64,000 nucleotides of DNA, from positions 34,281 through 98,280 of IMG/VR virus record IMGVR_UViG_2840054979_000001; one strand, 5' to 3'. This document shows positions 46,102-56,535 of the stretch, one piece after another. The notes under the pieces are model-generated. The model saw nothing but the letters and a program-made list of their open reading frames with translations. It searched no databases and had not been told where the DNA came from. The position numbers were made by a program, and so were the translations under genes. This DNA comes from a virus (taxonomy: Duplodnaviria; Caudoviricetes). The first letter of the stretch is position 1, and every line of letters starts with the position of its first letter.

Positions 46102-46992
46102 ATGACTGCCGCCTGCTACTCAAGCATCCAGGGCCTCGCGATGCGGGCGACCCGAACGAACACCGCTGGTCAGTGGATCCCCGGCCCGACCGGGTCCGCT
46201 GTGTCAAAGGGGTTCGTCCAGATCGCCTTCGAGGACAACATCGAAACCGGCACCGAGTACTCGGCCAAGGCGGCCGACGGCACACCCTGTGTCGCCGAGA
46301 AGGCTCGTGACACCCTCAAGTGGGTCGCCGCGACGATCGACTTCTGCAAGGTCGACCCTGAGCTCTTCGAGCTCATGACCGGTGTCCGCACGTTGGAGAA
46401 CTACGCCGGTGACACGGTCGGGTTCACGAAGGGCTCGTTGCCGTCGGTGAACTTCGCGCTCGAGGTGTGGTCGAAGGTGTCCGGCGATCTGTCGAAGGGC
46501 GAGTGGATCTACTGGCTGCTGCCGCTGCTCACCAACGGCCGCGTATCGACGCCGACGATCCAGGACGACGTGGCCACGTTCCAGTTCACGGGCAACACGA
46601 TCGTGAACCCGAACTGGGGAATCGGCCCCTACAACGTCGTTGCCCAGGATGAACTGCTGACGGCCGGCCGGCTGCTCGATCCGGTCCTGGCCGACGAGCA
46701 CGTCTACCACCGGGTGACCGAGATCGCTCCGCCGACGATCACCTGCGGCTACGTCCCGCAGCTGGTCGAGTGGACCGCCTACGTCGGGACCGCGACCGGC
46801 GCCACGGCCGGCACGCCGGGCACGTTCACGCCGTCAGGTGCCGACGCGCCCGCCAACCTCGCAGACCTGCAAGGCGCCAACGTCACGGCGTCACCGTCGA
46901 CGGCATGGACCACCGGCCAGCATGTGGTGCTCGGTGACTCGTCCCAGGCGTACTGGGACGGCGACTCGTGGGAGTCCGGCGCCGCGCCGTGA
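46102..46992 (+). CDS. major tail protein
   Basis: R.TR...G, FC.VDPEL..LMTG, FALEVWS, Y.LLP, W..GPYNV. Confidence 0.8.
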   Translation: MTAACYSSIQGLAMRATRTNTAGQWIPGPTGSAVSKGFVQIAFEDNIETGTEYSAKAADGTPCVAEKARDTLKWVAATIDFCKVDPELFELMTGVRTLENYAGDTVGFTKGSLPSVNFALEVWSKVSGDLSKGEWIYWLLPLLTNGRVSTPTIQDDVATFQFTGNTIVNPNWGIGPYNVVAQDELLTAGRLLDPVLADEHVYHRVTEIAPPTITCGYVPQLVEWTAYVGTATGATAGTPGTFTPSGADAPANLADLQGANVTASPSTAWTTGQHVVLGDSSQAYWDGDSWESGAAP

Positions 46993-47013
46993 CGATGACG
47001 ACGGGGTGACCCA

Positions 47014-47787
47014 ATGACCGCGCCGGCACGCCGCCCGTGCGAGCCGTGGGCCGACGACTTCAACGTCGGCAACCTCGGCCAATCCGAAACGCAAGTCGAC
47101 CAGGCGTTGATGGCCGCGACCGAGATCGTGTGGGCCCTGTCGGGCCGCCGATACGGGGTGTGCACGGCATCTAACGTCCGCCCGGCCCGCGCTCCGTCGC
47201 TCTCGTACGACCTCACGTCGGGCAGGTCGTGGTCGCGGTCGGGCGGCTGGCCGCTGCCGGACCCGTTCTGGCCGATGACGTGCGCGCCCGGCAGGCCGTG
47301 GCGGCTCAAGCTGTGGCACCGCTCCGTCATCGAAGTCACCAACGTGACGATCGACGGTGCCGTCGTCGACCCCGAGTCGTACTGGGTTGAGAACTGGCGT
47401 TGGCTGGTACGCGCCGACCGGCAGCCGTGGCCGAACACTCAGAACCTCGACGTCGCCGAGAACGCTCCGGGTGCCTGGCATGTGTCGTACCGGTGGGGAC
47501 GCACCCCACCCCAGTCCGGGATCCGCGCCGTGCAGAAGCTCGCCGCCGAACTGCTCAAGGACGACCTGGGCCTGGACTGTGACCTTCCGCAGCGGGTCAC
47601 GCAGGTGACCCGCCAGGGCTTGCAGTTCGTCCTCAACGACCCGACGGCCCTGTTGGACAAGGGCGTGCTGGGCGTGAACGCCGTCGACCAGTTCATCGCC
47701 GTGGCGAACCCGAACCGGCTCAAGCGGGCCCCGGGCATCTGGCGAGCCGACGACCCGCGGCGCGCCAGCAACCGGATCGGCACATGA
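47014..47787 (+). CDS. head-to-tail adaptor
   Basis: ATEIVWALSGRRYG.C, V.IDG, WP..Q, LP.RV..V.RQG, G...VD.FI...NP. Confidence 0.75.
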   Translation: MTAPARRPCEPWADDFNVGNLGQSETQVDQALMAATEIVWALSGRRYGVCTASNVRPARAPSLSYDLTSGRSWSRSGGWPLPDPFWPMTCAPGRPWRLKLWHRSVIEVTNVTIDGAVVDPESYWVENWRWLVRADRQPWPNTQNLDVAENAPGAWHVSYRWGRTPPQSGIRAVQKLAAELLKDDLGLDCDLPQRVTQVTRQGLQFVLNDPTALLDKGVLGVNAVDQFIAVANPNRLKRAPGIWRADDPRRASNRIGT

Positions 47788-48341
47788 CCGACCCGGTCAC
47801 CGCCCGCGCCAACGAGTTGCTCGAGACCGGCATCGAGGCGCTCGCCGGTTCGATCGGCGGCGCGCCTGGCTACACGCTGATCGCGCCGGGCGATCATGCC
47901 TGGGACCAGTGCTGCCAGGGGGCGATGTGGGTCCGGATCGTGCGGATCTTCCCGTACGCGTCGTTCCCGAACCCGATCGACGCCAACGTGCAGGTCGTCC
48001 ACTGTCCCGCCGGCGTCGCCGCCGAGTTGGAACTCGTGTCGCTGCGCTGCCTGCCGAACCCGCAGCAAGCCGCCAGCTCGGCACGCGCGGCGGCGACCGA
48101 CACGCCCGGCGCCGGCAAACTGCCGTCGACCGTCGACCTCGAAGGTGCCGCGACAAAGCTGCACGACGACGGATGGCGCATCGTCCGTCACGTCGTCGCG
48201 CTGCTCGCCCAGTGGCGCGACACCGGCACCCTGTCGACGATGACGCCGTGGGTGCCGCTCGGCCCCGAAGGAGGCTGCGTTGGCGGCGCTTTGACCGTCA
48301 TCGTCCAACTCTCCCCCGGACGTGATGGCATCGGCTGCTGA
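47784..48341 (+). CDS. putative tail terminator/neck protein
   Basis: Position; WD.CC.G..WVR, P.GPEGGCVGG. Confidence 0.6.
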   Translation: MTDPVTARANELLETGIEALAGSIGGAPGYTLIAPGDHAWDQCCQGAMWVRIVRIFPYASFPNPIDANVQVVHCPAGVAAELELVSLRCLPNPQQAASSARAAATDTPGAGKLPSTVDLEGAATKLHDDGWRIVRHVVALLAQWRDTGTLSTMTPWVPLGPEGGCVGGALTVIVQLSPGRDGIGC

Positions 48342-48369
48342 ATAGGCACCACACATTATGATGCGTGCT

Positions 48370-48657
48370 ATGTCGCGCATCGTTGTCCATGTCACGGCCG
48401 CTGTCGGCGGCTACCGCGCCGGCGAAACGGTCGAGGTCGTCGAGAACCGCGAGACCCTCAACCGGATCCGCAACGGCAAGTACGTGCCGATCCCCGACCA
48501 AGACATCGGAGATCCGATCGAGATCGCCCCGCTCGCCGCCGTCGCTCCCCCGCTCGACGACCCCGACCCCGACCCCGATCCCGACGCCGAGGACTACGAC
48601 GACGGCCTCGACGACGACGGCCTCGACGACAACGATGACGAGCCCGACGGCGAGTAG
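48370..48657 (+). CDS. small protein with acidic tail
   Basis: Leaderless-type ATG 7 nt after TATGAT. Confidence 0.55.
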   Translation: MSRIVVHVTAAVGGYRAGETVEVVENRETLNRIRNGKYVPIPDQDIGDPIEIAPLAAVAPPLDDPDPDPDPDAEDYDDGLDDDGLDDNDDEPDGE

Positions 48658-48660
48658 CCG

Positions 48661-49035
48661 ATGGCGAACGTCGTCCGCATCAACTGGTACGGCCTCGACG
48701 ACCCCACGATCCAAGTCGCGATCACGGGGCCCGTCGAGGAAGCCGCGCGGACCATCCGCCGCCGCATTCCCGTCCGCACCGGCGCACTGCGCCGCTCCCT
48801 GCGCACCTACTTCACCCGAACCGCATCCGGGCCGACCGGCATCATCGAAGCCACGGCGAAGCACGCCATCTTCGTGCACGAAGGCACCGGACGCTACGGG
48901 CCCCGTGGCCGCGACATCGTCGCCCCGCCCGGCCGAGTGTTCGCCTTCACCGGCTCCGACGGCCGCCGCGTCTTCACCCGGCGCATCAAGGGCCAACGCC
49001 CGAACCGGTTCCTCACTGATCCGCTCGGCCTGTGA
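48661..49035 (+). CDS. HK97 gp10-like neck protein
   Basis: PVRTGALRRS, A.FVHEGTG, G.RPN.FL. Confidence 0.8.
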   Translation: MANVVRINWYGLDDPTIQVAITGPVEEAARTIRRRIPVRTGALRRSLRTYFTRTASGPTGIIEATAKHAIFVHEGTGRYGPRGRDIVAPPGRVFAFTGSDGRRVFTRRIKGQRPNRFLTDPLGL

Positions 49036-49096
49036 CCCGTCCCGCACAGCCTGAGCGCCCCAACCCCGACGGGACGACTGACAAGGGGTACCGACC

Positions 49097-49528
49097 ATGA
49101 CTGACGAGCTCGACCCGTCGATCAAGACGTTCACGTCGCAACGCAAGTCCGCCCAGGGCCACCGTGTCCTGTTCGAACTGCCGCCCGGCTCCGGGGAGGT
49201 GTACGAGGCCACACCGGACCCGCCAGGCGGCGTGCTGCTCGACCTGTCCATCGTCCAGAAGCTCAAGCCCGACGAGCAGGCCGCCAAGTTCGGCGAGTTT
49301 TTCGACACCGTCCTGCTGCCCGAGTCCCGCGACCGGTTCGAAGCCAACTTCCGGTCGAAGGACCCGACGAAGAACATCACGCTGCCCGAGGCCAACGAGG
49401 CGCTCGAGTGGCTCATCACCGAGTACGCCGGCCGCCCTACCACGCCTGCCGCCGACTCGCCGAGTTCGGTCGCAGGAACTGGTCCGAACTCGACGCCATC
49501 GCCCTCCTTGCCGGCGCCGACCCGCTGA
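49097..49528 (+). CDS. tail assembly chaperone
   Basis: Directly upstream of tape measure; WL..EY.GRPT end motif. Confidence 0.75.
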   Translation: MTDELDPSIKTFTSQRKSAQGHRVLFELPPGSGEVYEATPDPPGGVLLDLSIVQKLKPDEQAAKFGEFFDTVLLPESRDRFEANFRSKDPTKNITLPEANEALEWLITEYAGRPTTPAADSPSSVAGTGPNSTPSPSLPAPTR

Positions 49529-49773
49529 CGATGCCGCTTCGGCGGCTCATCAACCTCATCTACCACCTGCTGGTGCGACACATGGACAAGAAGGACCGCG
49601 TGAAGCTCGACATGGAACTGGACGTTCCCGACGAGCCGCGCACCGTCGAGTTCACCAACCCCGACACCGGGGAAGTCGACGCCAAGCTGGAGCCCCCGTC
49701 GTGGTGGCGAGGCGAGGCGGAAGCTCACCGGCAGGCCCTCGACGTACAACGCTGGCTGGGAGAGAACCGGTGA
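49438..49773 (+). CDS. tail assembly chaperone C-terminal extension (-1 frame)
   Basis: Overlapping -1 ORF: W.ELD...G.DP..PLRRL.N.IY. Confidence 0.6.
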   Translation, partial: YHACRRLAEFGRRNWSELDAIALLAGADPLTMPLRRLINLIYHLLVRHMDKKDRVKLDMELDVPDEPRTVEFTNPDTGEVDAKLEPPSWWRGEAEAHRQALDVQRWLGENR

Positions 49774-52700
49774 GCCTCGCCAAAGCGTTCGTCGAGATCC
49801 ACCCGGACCTCGGGCGATTCGACAGCGAGGTCCGCGACGAGATCCGCGAGGCAATGGCTTCCGCGGCCCGCGCCGCGGCGTCTGCGTTCGAGCGGACGTT
49901 CGACGGAGCATTTGCCAGTGCTGGAGCAGCAGCCGACCGCGCCGGCGAATCCGTCACGTCCGCATTCCGAGAGGCGGCCTCCCAGTCCGACCTTCATCTC
50001 GACAGCATCGGCGGCGCTGACGTTTTCTCCGAACTCGGCGGCCAAGCAGACCGCGCAGGTGAAGCGGTCGAGCGAGCGTTCGACGAGGCCGCGCGGCAGT
50101 CGAACAACTCGTTGGACCGGATCGACGCGAAGGGCGTCGGCGTGTTCGGCCGGATCACCGCGGGCATCGCCGCGCTCGGGCTGGCCGCGGGCGGCGTCGG
50201 ACTGACGAGATGGGGTCTCGAGACCGCCGGCGCTCTCGAGCAAACCCAGGTCGGCTTCGAGGGTCTGCTCGGTTCGGGTGAGGCCGCCGAAGCGATGATG
50301 GAGCGGATCACCGAATACGCGGCTCGCACGCCGCTGGAACTGCCCGGCCTGTCGAACATGACCCGTCAGCTGTTGGCGACCGGCACGGCGTTCGGCGTCA
50401 CCGAGGGGAACGTCCTCGACTACGTCACGGTGATCGGAGACATGACATCGGTGCTTGGCGGCAGCCAGGCGGAGATGGACGCGGTCACGTTGACGTTGGG
50501 CCGGCTCGGGTCGGCGACCAACGCGCAGATCGGCGACTTCGAGATGTTGCAGACGGCGCTGCCCGGCTTCAACGTGTGGGCCGAGCTCGGTGCCGGCATG
50601 AACATGACCGCCGGTGAAGCCCGCGAGCTCGCCAGCAAGGGTCTGCTGCCTGGCGCCCAGGCCGCCGAGATCCTCCTTGAACGGATGGAGCAGTTCCCGG
50701 GGGCTGCGGGAGCGATGGAAGCCCAGTCCAAGACGCTGATCGGCGTCCTGTCGACGTTCAAGGACACCGCCGCGATCGCGCTGGCTGAGGGGCTGACGCC
50801 GCTCGTCGAGGGGTTGAAGGAGACCCTCGCCGGCGACGAACTGCTCTCGTCGCTTGAGGGGGCATTCAACTCGTTCGGCGAGCTCGCCGCCGGCCTCTTC
50901 GACGCCATCGGTCCCGCGCTGCCCGGTCTCCTCGACACCCTCGCCGTCGTATTCGACGATCTCGGACGCGTCATCATTGCGTTGACGCCGGCGATCGAAC
51001 CACTGCTGGCGATCTTCGGCGAGCTCGCCACCCTGTTCTCCGGGACGCTGGCCGACCTGTTCGAAGAGATCGGCCCGTCGCTCGTCATCATCGTCGAAGC
51101 ATTCAGCGAACTGGGCGACGCGTTGCGGCCTGTCGTTCGCATCATGGCCGGCAGCCTCGCCATCGCGTTCCGCGCCTTCGCCAAGGTCATCGAGTTCCTG
51201 GAACCGGCGCTGCCGCTGCTCGTCAACGCGTTCATCGCCTGGTCGATCGCCACCCGGATCGCAGCCGCGGCGCAGGCCGCGTTGAACCTCGTGATGGCGG
51301 CGAACCCGATCGGGTTGATCGTGATCGCTCTCGTCGGGCTTGGCGCCGCGCTGTACGCCGCGTATCGCCGCTTCGAACCGGTCCGCAACGCCGTCGACTC
51401 GCTGTGGCAGGGGATGCAGGACCTGTGGGACGTCATCACGAACCGGGTCGTCGCGGTCTGGCAGAACCGGCTGCTGCCGATCGTGCAGGAGCTCTCCCCC
51501 ATCCTCGACGGCGTCCGATCGGCGATCTCGAGTGTCGTCGACGCCTTCCGGGCGCTGTTCTCCGGCGACTTCTCCGGCGCACTCGAGGCGCTGCGCGACG
51601 CGTTCTCATCGCTGTGGGAAGGCATCACGAACGTCGACTGGGGCCGCATCGGCGAGCTCACCATCGACGCCCTGATCTCCGCGCTACAGCTGGCATGGGA
51701 CGGGCTGCAGTCGCTCGGCGATGTGCTCGGGGACGTCGCCGGCCGGTTCGTCGAGTGGTTCGAGAGCGTCGACTGGGCAGCGGTCGGGTCCACGATGCTC
51801 GACCTGCTGGCGACCGCGGTGAGCACCGGCTTCGACGCGCTCGGCTCGGTGGCGTCGTGGTTCGGTGACCTGGTCGGCAAGTTCACCCAATGGCTCGGCA
51901 CCATCGACTGGGCGTCGATCGGCTCGTCGATCGTCGGCTTCCTCGGCAACGCCGCGTCGCTCGCCTGGTCGGCCCTCGGCTCCGTCGCCGGCTGGTTCGG
52001 CGACCTGATCGGCAAGTTCACAGCATGGCTCGACGGTGTCGACTGGTCGGCGGTCGGATCAGCGATCGTGGACGGTCTCGGTGCCGCAGCCGGAGCCGCG
52101 TGGTCGGCTCTCGTGTCGGTGGCGCCGTGGTTCGCTGACCTGGCCGCCAAGTTCACCGCTTGGATCAGCGGCGTCGACTGGGCGTCGATCGGAGGGGCGT
52201 TCCTCAACGCCCTCGGTCTCGCCGTCGCCACCGCGTTCCAGGGCCTCGGCAGCGTCGCGTCGTGGTTCGGTGACATCGTCACGAAGCTGTCCGACTGGAT
52301 CAGCGCCGTCAACTGGGATGACGTCGGGTCGAACATCGGCGACTGGGTCGGCCAGCTGCCCGGCAAGCTCATCGGCTGGATCGCCGATGCCTTCTCCGGC
52401 GGAGGGGGCGGAGGCGGCGGCGGCGGGGGCGGCGGCCCCGATTGGAGCGGCATCGCCCTCAACGTCCTCGAGGGAATCGGCAACGCCCTGCTCGCACTCG
52501 GCGTCGAACTGCCGATCGCGGTCGTCACCGCTCTCGGCGAACTCGCGCTCGGGATCATGACCGGGATCGGCGAAGCACTCATCGAGGACGACAACCTCGA
52601 ACCGGTCAAATCGTTCTTCACCGGGTTGCCCGGCCGACTGTGGGATTGGGTCGTCGAGTCGGTAACCGACCTGGCCAACATCGGCAAGCGGATCTTGCTG

Positions 52701-54143
52701 GAGATCGCCGCCGGATTCGCTGGGGCCGCGTCCGACTCGTGGCTCGGCCCCGTCGCCGACTTCTTCGGAGCCGACGACATCGAGAACACTGCGCGCGCGG
52801 AGATCGCCAAGATGGACTGGCCGGGCATCGCCACCGAGTTCATGTCTGGCTGGGAGAGCGCCATCTCGGCGATCCCGCTCAACGTCGACTTCACCGACCA
52901 GGTGCAAATCAGCGGGTTGCGTGACGACTTCAACAACGCGTTGGCCCCGTTGCTGCCGATCATCGGCGACGACGCCGCCAGCGAGATCTCCACCATGTTC
53001 AACACAGCGATGGAGGGTGGCATCACCAACGCCGAGATGACCGACGTCACCGCGGCACTGATCGACAAGATCGCCGACGCGATGAACATCGACCCGTCGC
53101 AGGTGCCGGGGATCGAGGACATCTTCATGTCGATCGGCGCCGCGTCCGCAGACTCGATCCCGCACGGCTTCTCGTCGCAGCTGACCAAGGCTGGCCGCAC
53201 GCCGATGGTCGAGGCGATGACGACGTTCGCCGAAGCGACCGGAAATCACCTCGAGACCGAGTTCAACCGCAAGGTGTCGCCGGTCGCCCGGGCTCTGCCG
53301 AATGCGTTACGTAGCGACGTGTCCGAGACTCCCGACGCGCTCGTCGGGCCTGGCGCCGTTCTCATCGAGGGCTTCCAAGCCGGCATCACACAGGCGCTCG
53401 TCGCCGTCCGCGCCGGCATGTTGATCCTCGCCATCAGCATCATCGCCTGGGTCGGGCCGCTGACCAACACGCTCGTCGCGGCTGGCACCGGCCTCATGCG
53501 CGGTCTCGGCGTCGGCATCACGATCGGGTCGATCCCGATCATGGCGACGATGCGGGCTCTCGACACCACGTTGGCCGCAGCGGTCGGAGACATCGCCCCG
53601 ACGTTCGTTGCGATTGGCGCACGAGCGATGGCCGGTCTGCTCTCGGGCGCTCAGGCCACCATCGGCGGGGTCCGGTCGTGGTTTGCCGGCCTGCCCGGCA
53701 GCCTCGCATCCGCGGCTGGGGGCAACCTGGGTGGACTCGTGTCGCTCGGTTCGTCGATCGTTGCCGCGATCGTCAACGGCATCAACGGCAGCAGCTACCG
53801 GATCCGCAACGCGATCATGTCTGCGATCCCGTCGGCCGGCACCATCACGGCACGGATCCCGGGGTTCGCGACCGGCGGCGTCTTCACCCGGCCGACGCTC
53901 GGCTGGATCGGCGAGTACTCGGGCGCCAGCACTGACCCGGAGATCGCCGCGCCGCAGTCCATGATCCGCTCCACCCTGTTCCGCGCACTGTCAGACGCAT
54001 TGGACGGCGGCGTCGCGTTGCAGGGCGGCGGCAGCGGCGAAACGACGATCGTGCGGATCGACCACGCCGAGTTCCATCAGCCGACCGACCTCGACTCGCT
54101 CGCCGGCGTCGTCGTCGGCGCCTACCAAACGTTGGGGGTGTGA
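49770..54143 (+). CDS. tape measure protein
   Basis: GTGA coupling, A.VEI.PD start, tape-measure domain, ANPIG.IV, W-repeats, C-terminal FATGG. Confidence 0.93.
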   Translation: MSLAKAFVEIHPDLGRFDSEVRDEIREAMASAARAAASAFERTFDGAFASAGAAADRAGESVTSAFREAASQSDLHLDSIGGADVFSELGGQADRAGEAVERAFDEAARQSNNSLDRIDAKGVGVFGRITAGIAALGLAAGGVGLTRWGLETAGALEQTQVGFEGLLGSGEAAEAMMERITEYAARTPLELPGLSNMTRQLLATGTAFGVTEGNVLDYVTVIGDMTSVLGGSQAEMDAVTLTLGRLGSATNAQIGDFEMLQTALPGFNVWAELGAGMNMTAGEARELASKGLLPGAQAAEILLERMEQFPGAAGAMEAQSKTLIGVLSTFKDTAAIALAEGLTPLVEGLKETLAGDELLSSLEGAFNSFGELAAGLFDAIGPALPGLLDTLAVVFDDLGRVIIALTPAIEPLLAIFGELATLFSGTLADLFEEIGPSLVIIVEAFSELGDALRPVVRIMAGSLAIAFRAFAKVIEFLEPALPLLVNAFIAWSIATRIAAAAQAALNLVMAANPIGLIVIALVGLGAALYAAYRRFEPVRNAVDSLWQGMQDLWDVITNRVVAVWQNRLLPIVQELSPILDGVRSAISSVVDAFRALFSGDFSGALEALRDAFSSLWEGITNVDWGRIGELTIDALISALQLAWDGLQSLGDVLGDVAGRFVEWFESVDWAAVGSTMLDLLATAVSTGFDALGSVASWFGDLVGKFTQWLGTIDWASIGSSIVGFLGNAASLAWSALGSVAGWFGDLIGKFTAWLDGVDWSAVGSAIVDGLGAAAGAAWSALVSVAPWFADLAAKFTAWISGVDWASIGGAFLNALGLAVATAFQGLGSVASWFGDIVTKLSDWISAVNWDDVGSNIGDWVGQLPGKLIGWIADAFSGGGGGGGGGGGGGPDWSGIALNVLEGIGNALLALGVELPIAVVTALGELALGIMTGIGEALIEDDNLEPVKSFFTGLPGRLWDWVVESVTDLANIGKRILLEIAAGFAGAASDSWLGPVADFFGADDIENTARAEIAKMDWPGIATEFMSGWESAISAIPLNVDFTDQVQISGLRDDFNNALAPLLPIIGDDAASEISTMFNTAMEGGITNAEMTDVTAALIDKIADAMNIDPSQVPGIEDIFMSIGAASADSIPHGFSSQLTKAGRTPMVEAMTTFAEATGNHLETEFNRKVSPVARALPNALRSDVSETPDALVGPGAVLIEGFQAGITQALVAVRAGMLILAISIIAWVGPLTNTLVAAGTGLMRGLGVGITIGSIPIMATMRALDTTLAAAVGDIAPTFVAIGARAMAGLLSGAQATIGGVRSWFAGLPGSLASAAGGNLGGLVSLGSSIVAAIVNGINGSSYRIRNAIMSAIPSAGTITARIPGFATGGVFTRPTLGWIGEYSGASTDPEIAAPQSMIRSTLFRALSDALDGGVALQGGGSGETTIVRIDHAEFHQPTDLDSLAGVVVGAYQTLGV
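51633..52307 (+). repeat. five 135-bp (45-aa) repeats in the tape measure gene
   Basis: (V/I)DW starts at 51633, 51768, 51903, 52038, 52173 (VNW at 52308). Confidence 0.85.
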
Positions 54144-54144
54144 G

Positions 54145-55005
54145 ATGACTCAGCAGTTCGCGCTGGTCGACCCGCGGCTCGGCACCCTCGAGTTGACGTG
54201 CGACAACGGCTACGTCATCGAGCAGTACGACCTCGGCTACCGCACGCCGCGCGTCGTCGCGGAGAACCGCACATTCGACGACGGCCAACTCGACACGACG
54301 TTCTACTCCGGTGCCCGCACCGTCAACATGACCGTAGGCCTCAAAGGGTCGGTGGCGGCGTGCTCGGTACTGCGCGACCGGCTCTCAGCGTTCACGTCGC
54401 AGCGGCGCCGGCCGACACTGCTGATCGAAGAGCACAACGACCCGCGGCTACGGCAGATGACCCTTCGCGGCCATCAGCACGGCATCCCGATCTCCAACCC
54501 CGCCTACAACCGGATGACGGTCTCGTGGTCGTGCCCCGACGGGCTCATCACCTCGCGCGAGCCCCGCACCGTGACGTTGCGGCCCGGTGTGCTCGACGTC
54601 GACGGCCGCGTGTACGACCTTGTCCATGACCGGGTGTACCCGTTCGCGTTCCCGTCGGGCTCGCAGTCGGTGGTCAACGAGGGCTACGAAGACGCCCACT
54701 GGGTGGCGCGCCTCTACGGCGCAATGACGTCGCCGCGGCTCATCTGCACCGGCGTCGGGGTCGTCGACCTGGGCGGTGGCGGCGGTCTCAGCCTCATCTC
54801 CCAGCAGATGGTGGAGCTCCGCTCCCAGGGCCAGTCGGTCACGTTCGACGGCAACCCTCTGACCTCCGCGGCCCAGTACGTCGACCTCGCTCAGACGACG
54901 TCGAACTGGTGGCGGATCCCTCCCGGCACCTCGGCAGTCCGGCTCGAAGCCGACACGTTCGCTACCGACGCGCTCGCGGTGCTCGAGTGGTCCGACACGT
55001 GGTGA
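54145..55005 (+). CDS. distal tail (Dit-like) protein
   Basis: Follows tape measure; GARTV, V.NEG, WW.IPPG.S. Confidence 0.75.
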   Translation: MTQQFALVDPRLGTLELTCDNGYVIEQYDLGYRTPRVVAENRTFDDGQLDTTFYSGARTVNMTVGLKGSVAACSVLRDRLSAFTSQRRRPTLLIEEHNDPRLRQMTLRGHQHGIPISNPAYNRMTVSWSCPDGLITSREPRTVTLRPGVLDVDGRVYDLVHDRVYPFAFPSGSQSVVNEGYEDAHWVARLYGAMTSPRLICTGVGVVDLGGGGGLSLISQQMVELRSQGQSVTFDGNPLTSAAQYVDLAQTTSNWWRIPPGTSAVRLEADTFATDALAVLEWSDTW

Positions 55006-55011
55006 CCGAGG

Positions 55012-56037
55012 ATGGCTGACCAGACGTTGCCGCCACACTGGGTGCTGCGGATCCTCGGCACCAGCGGCGAAGTGACACCCCTGCCGCAGTGGTCCAATCT
55101 GATCGTCACCGAGAACATCACCGGCACGTCGAAGGTGACGTTCTCGATGCCCGGCGACTCGATCGAGGCGACCAAGATCGTCGAGCTTCAAACCGACGTC
55201 GTCGCCTACCGCAACCGAGTCCGCAAGGCGCGACGCCGAATCGTGACCGCCGACGACGACCTGGACGACACATACAAGCTGGCCGTCACCGCCGTCGACT
55301 ACCGGCAGCTGCTCCGCTCGCGGCAGCTGCACAACAACATCACCTTCACGGGCATGTCTCAGGGCGTCATCGTGTCCACCCTGATCGCCTGGACCCAAAG
55401 CTACGACTCGGGCGATCTCGGCATCCTGATGGCGTCGAACGGCGACGGCGGCATCACGCGCGACCGAACCTACGAGACCGGCGACCTGATTGGCGAACGC
55501 ATCGACCAGCTGTCCGAAGTCATCAACGGCTTCGACTGGCACATCGACAACAACCTCGGCCTGTGGATTTGGAATCCGCGTCGCGAGCAGCTGACGACGA
55601 AGGTGCTCGCCTACCGAGCCAACGTCGCCAGGCTTCGCCGTCGATCGACGGCCAGCGAGTTCCGCAACGTCGTCACGTTCTACGGCGACCCCGACCACAC
55701 CGTGCCCGTCACGGTCGACGCGCTGCCCGATCCGCGCGGCCGTTGGGAATGGGAGGGCTCCTCGAACTCGGTGAAGCTGCAGGAAACCGTCCAAGAGCAC
55801 GCAGAAGGCGAACTGGAGAGGCGGTCGAACCCACGGTCGTGGTTCGAAGCGACGATCGCTCCGGGCAAATGGGACGAACTGCTGCTCGAGCTCGGCGACA
55901 TCGTCACGTTGCAAGTGATGCGCGGCCGGCTCAACTTCGGCGGCCCGTGCCGCGTTGAGCAGATCCAGTACAAGGTCGACGTCGACGGCGGCGAGGTCGT
56001 CACGCTCGGCCTACGAGCCGAGCCAGGAGCGGGCTGA
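55012..56037 (+). CDS. baseplate hub/minor tail protein (ReqiPepy6 gp37-like)
   Basis: Position; LSEVINGFDW, GRWE, LGDIV. Confidence 0.7.
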   Translation: MADQTLPPHWVLRILGTSGEVTPLPQWSNLIVTENITGTSKVTFSMPGDSIEATKIVELQTDVVAYRNRVRKARRRIVTADDDLDDTYKLAVTAVDYRQLLRSRQLHNNITFTGMSQGVIVSTLIAWTQSYDSGDLGILMASNGDGGITRDRTYETGDLIGERIDQLSEVINGFDWHIDNNLGLWIWNPRREQLTTKVLAYRANVARLRRRSTASEFRNVVTFYGDPDHTVPVTVDALPDPRGRWEWEGSSNSVKLQETVQEHAEGELERRSNPRSWFEATIAPGKWDELLLELGDIVTLQVMRGRLNFGGPCRVEQIQYKVDVDGGEVVTLGLRAEPGAG

Positions 56038-56459
56038 TGCGCCTCGACCGTGCCGACGAGTGGGCAGAGATTCTCAAAGGCTTCGACAGCCGCCTCCACG
56101 AGCTCGAACGGCAACGCGGCGGTGTCCCCCAAGCCTCCGAAGCGATCACTTTCGCTGCCGGTTGGCGTAACTATGGCGGGAGTTACGTGTCGGCCCGTGT
56201 CACACGCGTCGGCTCGCTCTGCGTGATGAACGGGCTCGCCTACCGCGAAGGCGCCGCGGTGTCGGGCACGTTCATCACCGTCGGCACCGTACCGGCCGAA
56301 TTCCGACCGGTCGGCACGGTTGGGGTGACGAACTCGACGAGCGCCGACCCCACCCGTCTCGAGGTGACGGCGGCTGGCGTCATTCAGTTGGTCAACTTCG
56401 CTGGGACGCTGCCCAATAACGGATTCACCTTCGTCCACGGAGCCTGGGCCCTCCCCTGA
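56037..56459 (+). CDS. minor tail protein
   Basis: RL.ELER coil then GW.NY...VPAEFRP...RLEV...G tail-tip pattern. Confidence 0.65.
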   Translation: MRLDRADEWAEILKGFDSRLHELERQRGGVPQASEAITFAAGWRNYGGSYVSARVTRVGSLCVMNGLAYREGAAVSGTFITVGTVPAEFRPVGTVGVTNSTSADPTRLEVTAAGVIQLVNFAGTLPNNGFTFVHGAWALP

Positions 56460-56535
56460 ACCGGGTTGGTCCCCGTAGCAGGCGTCTCTCCAGACGTATG
56501 CTTATTGCACATCATCATGTCTACGGAGGTCGTTG

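Noticed and set aside
52398-52436. G-rich tract in the tape measure gene as a G-quadruplex or phase-variable site
   Set aside because: Encodes a poly-Gly linker with mixed codons; reading frame intact.
21800-53200. Long minus-strand ORFs (21800-23854, 29983-32046, 42613-46017, 50420-53200) and + strand ORF 40150-42522
   Set aside because: Antisense shadows of real high-GC genes; no motifs or RBSs.
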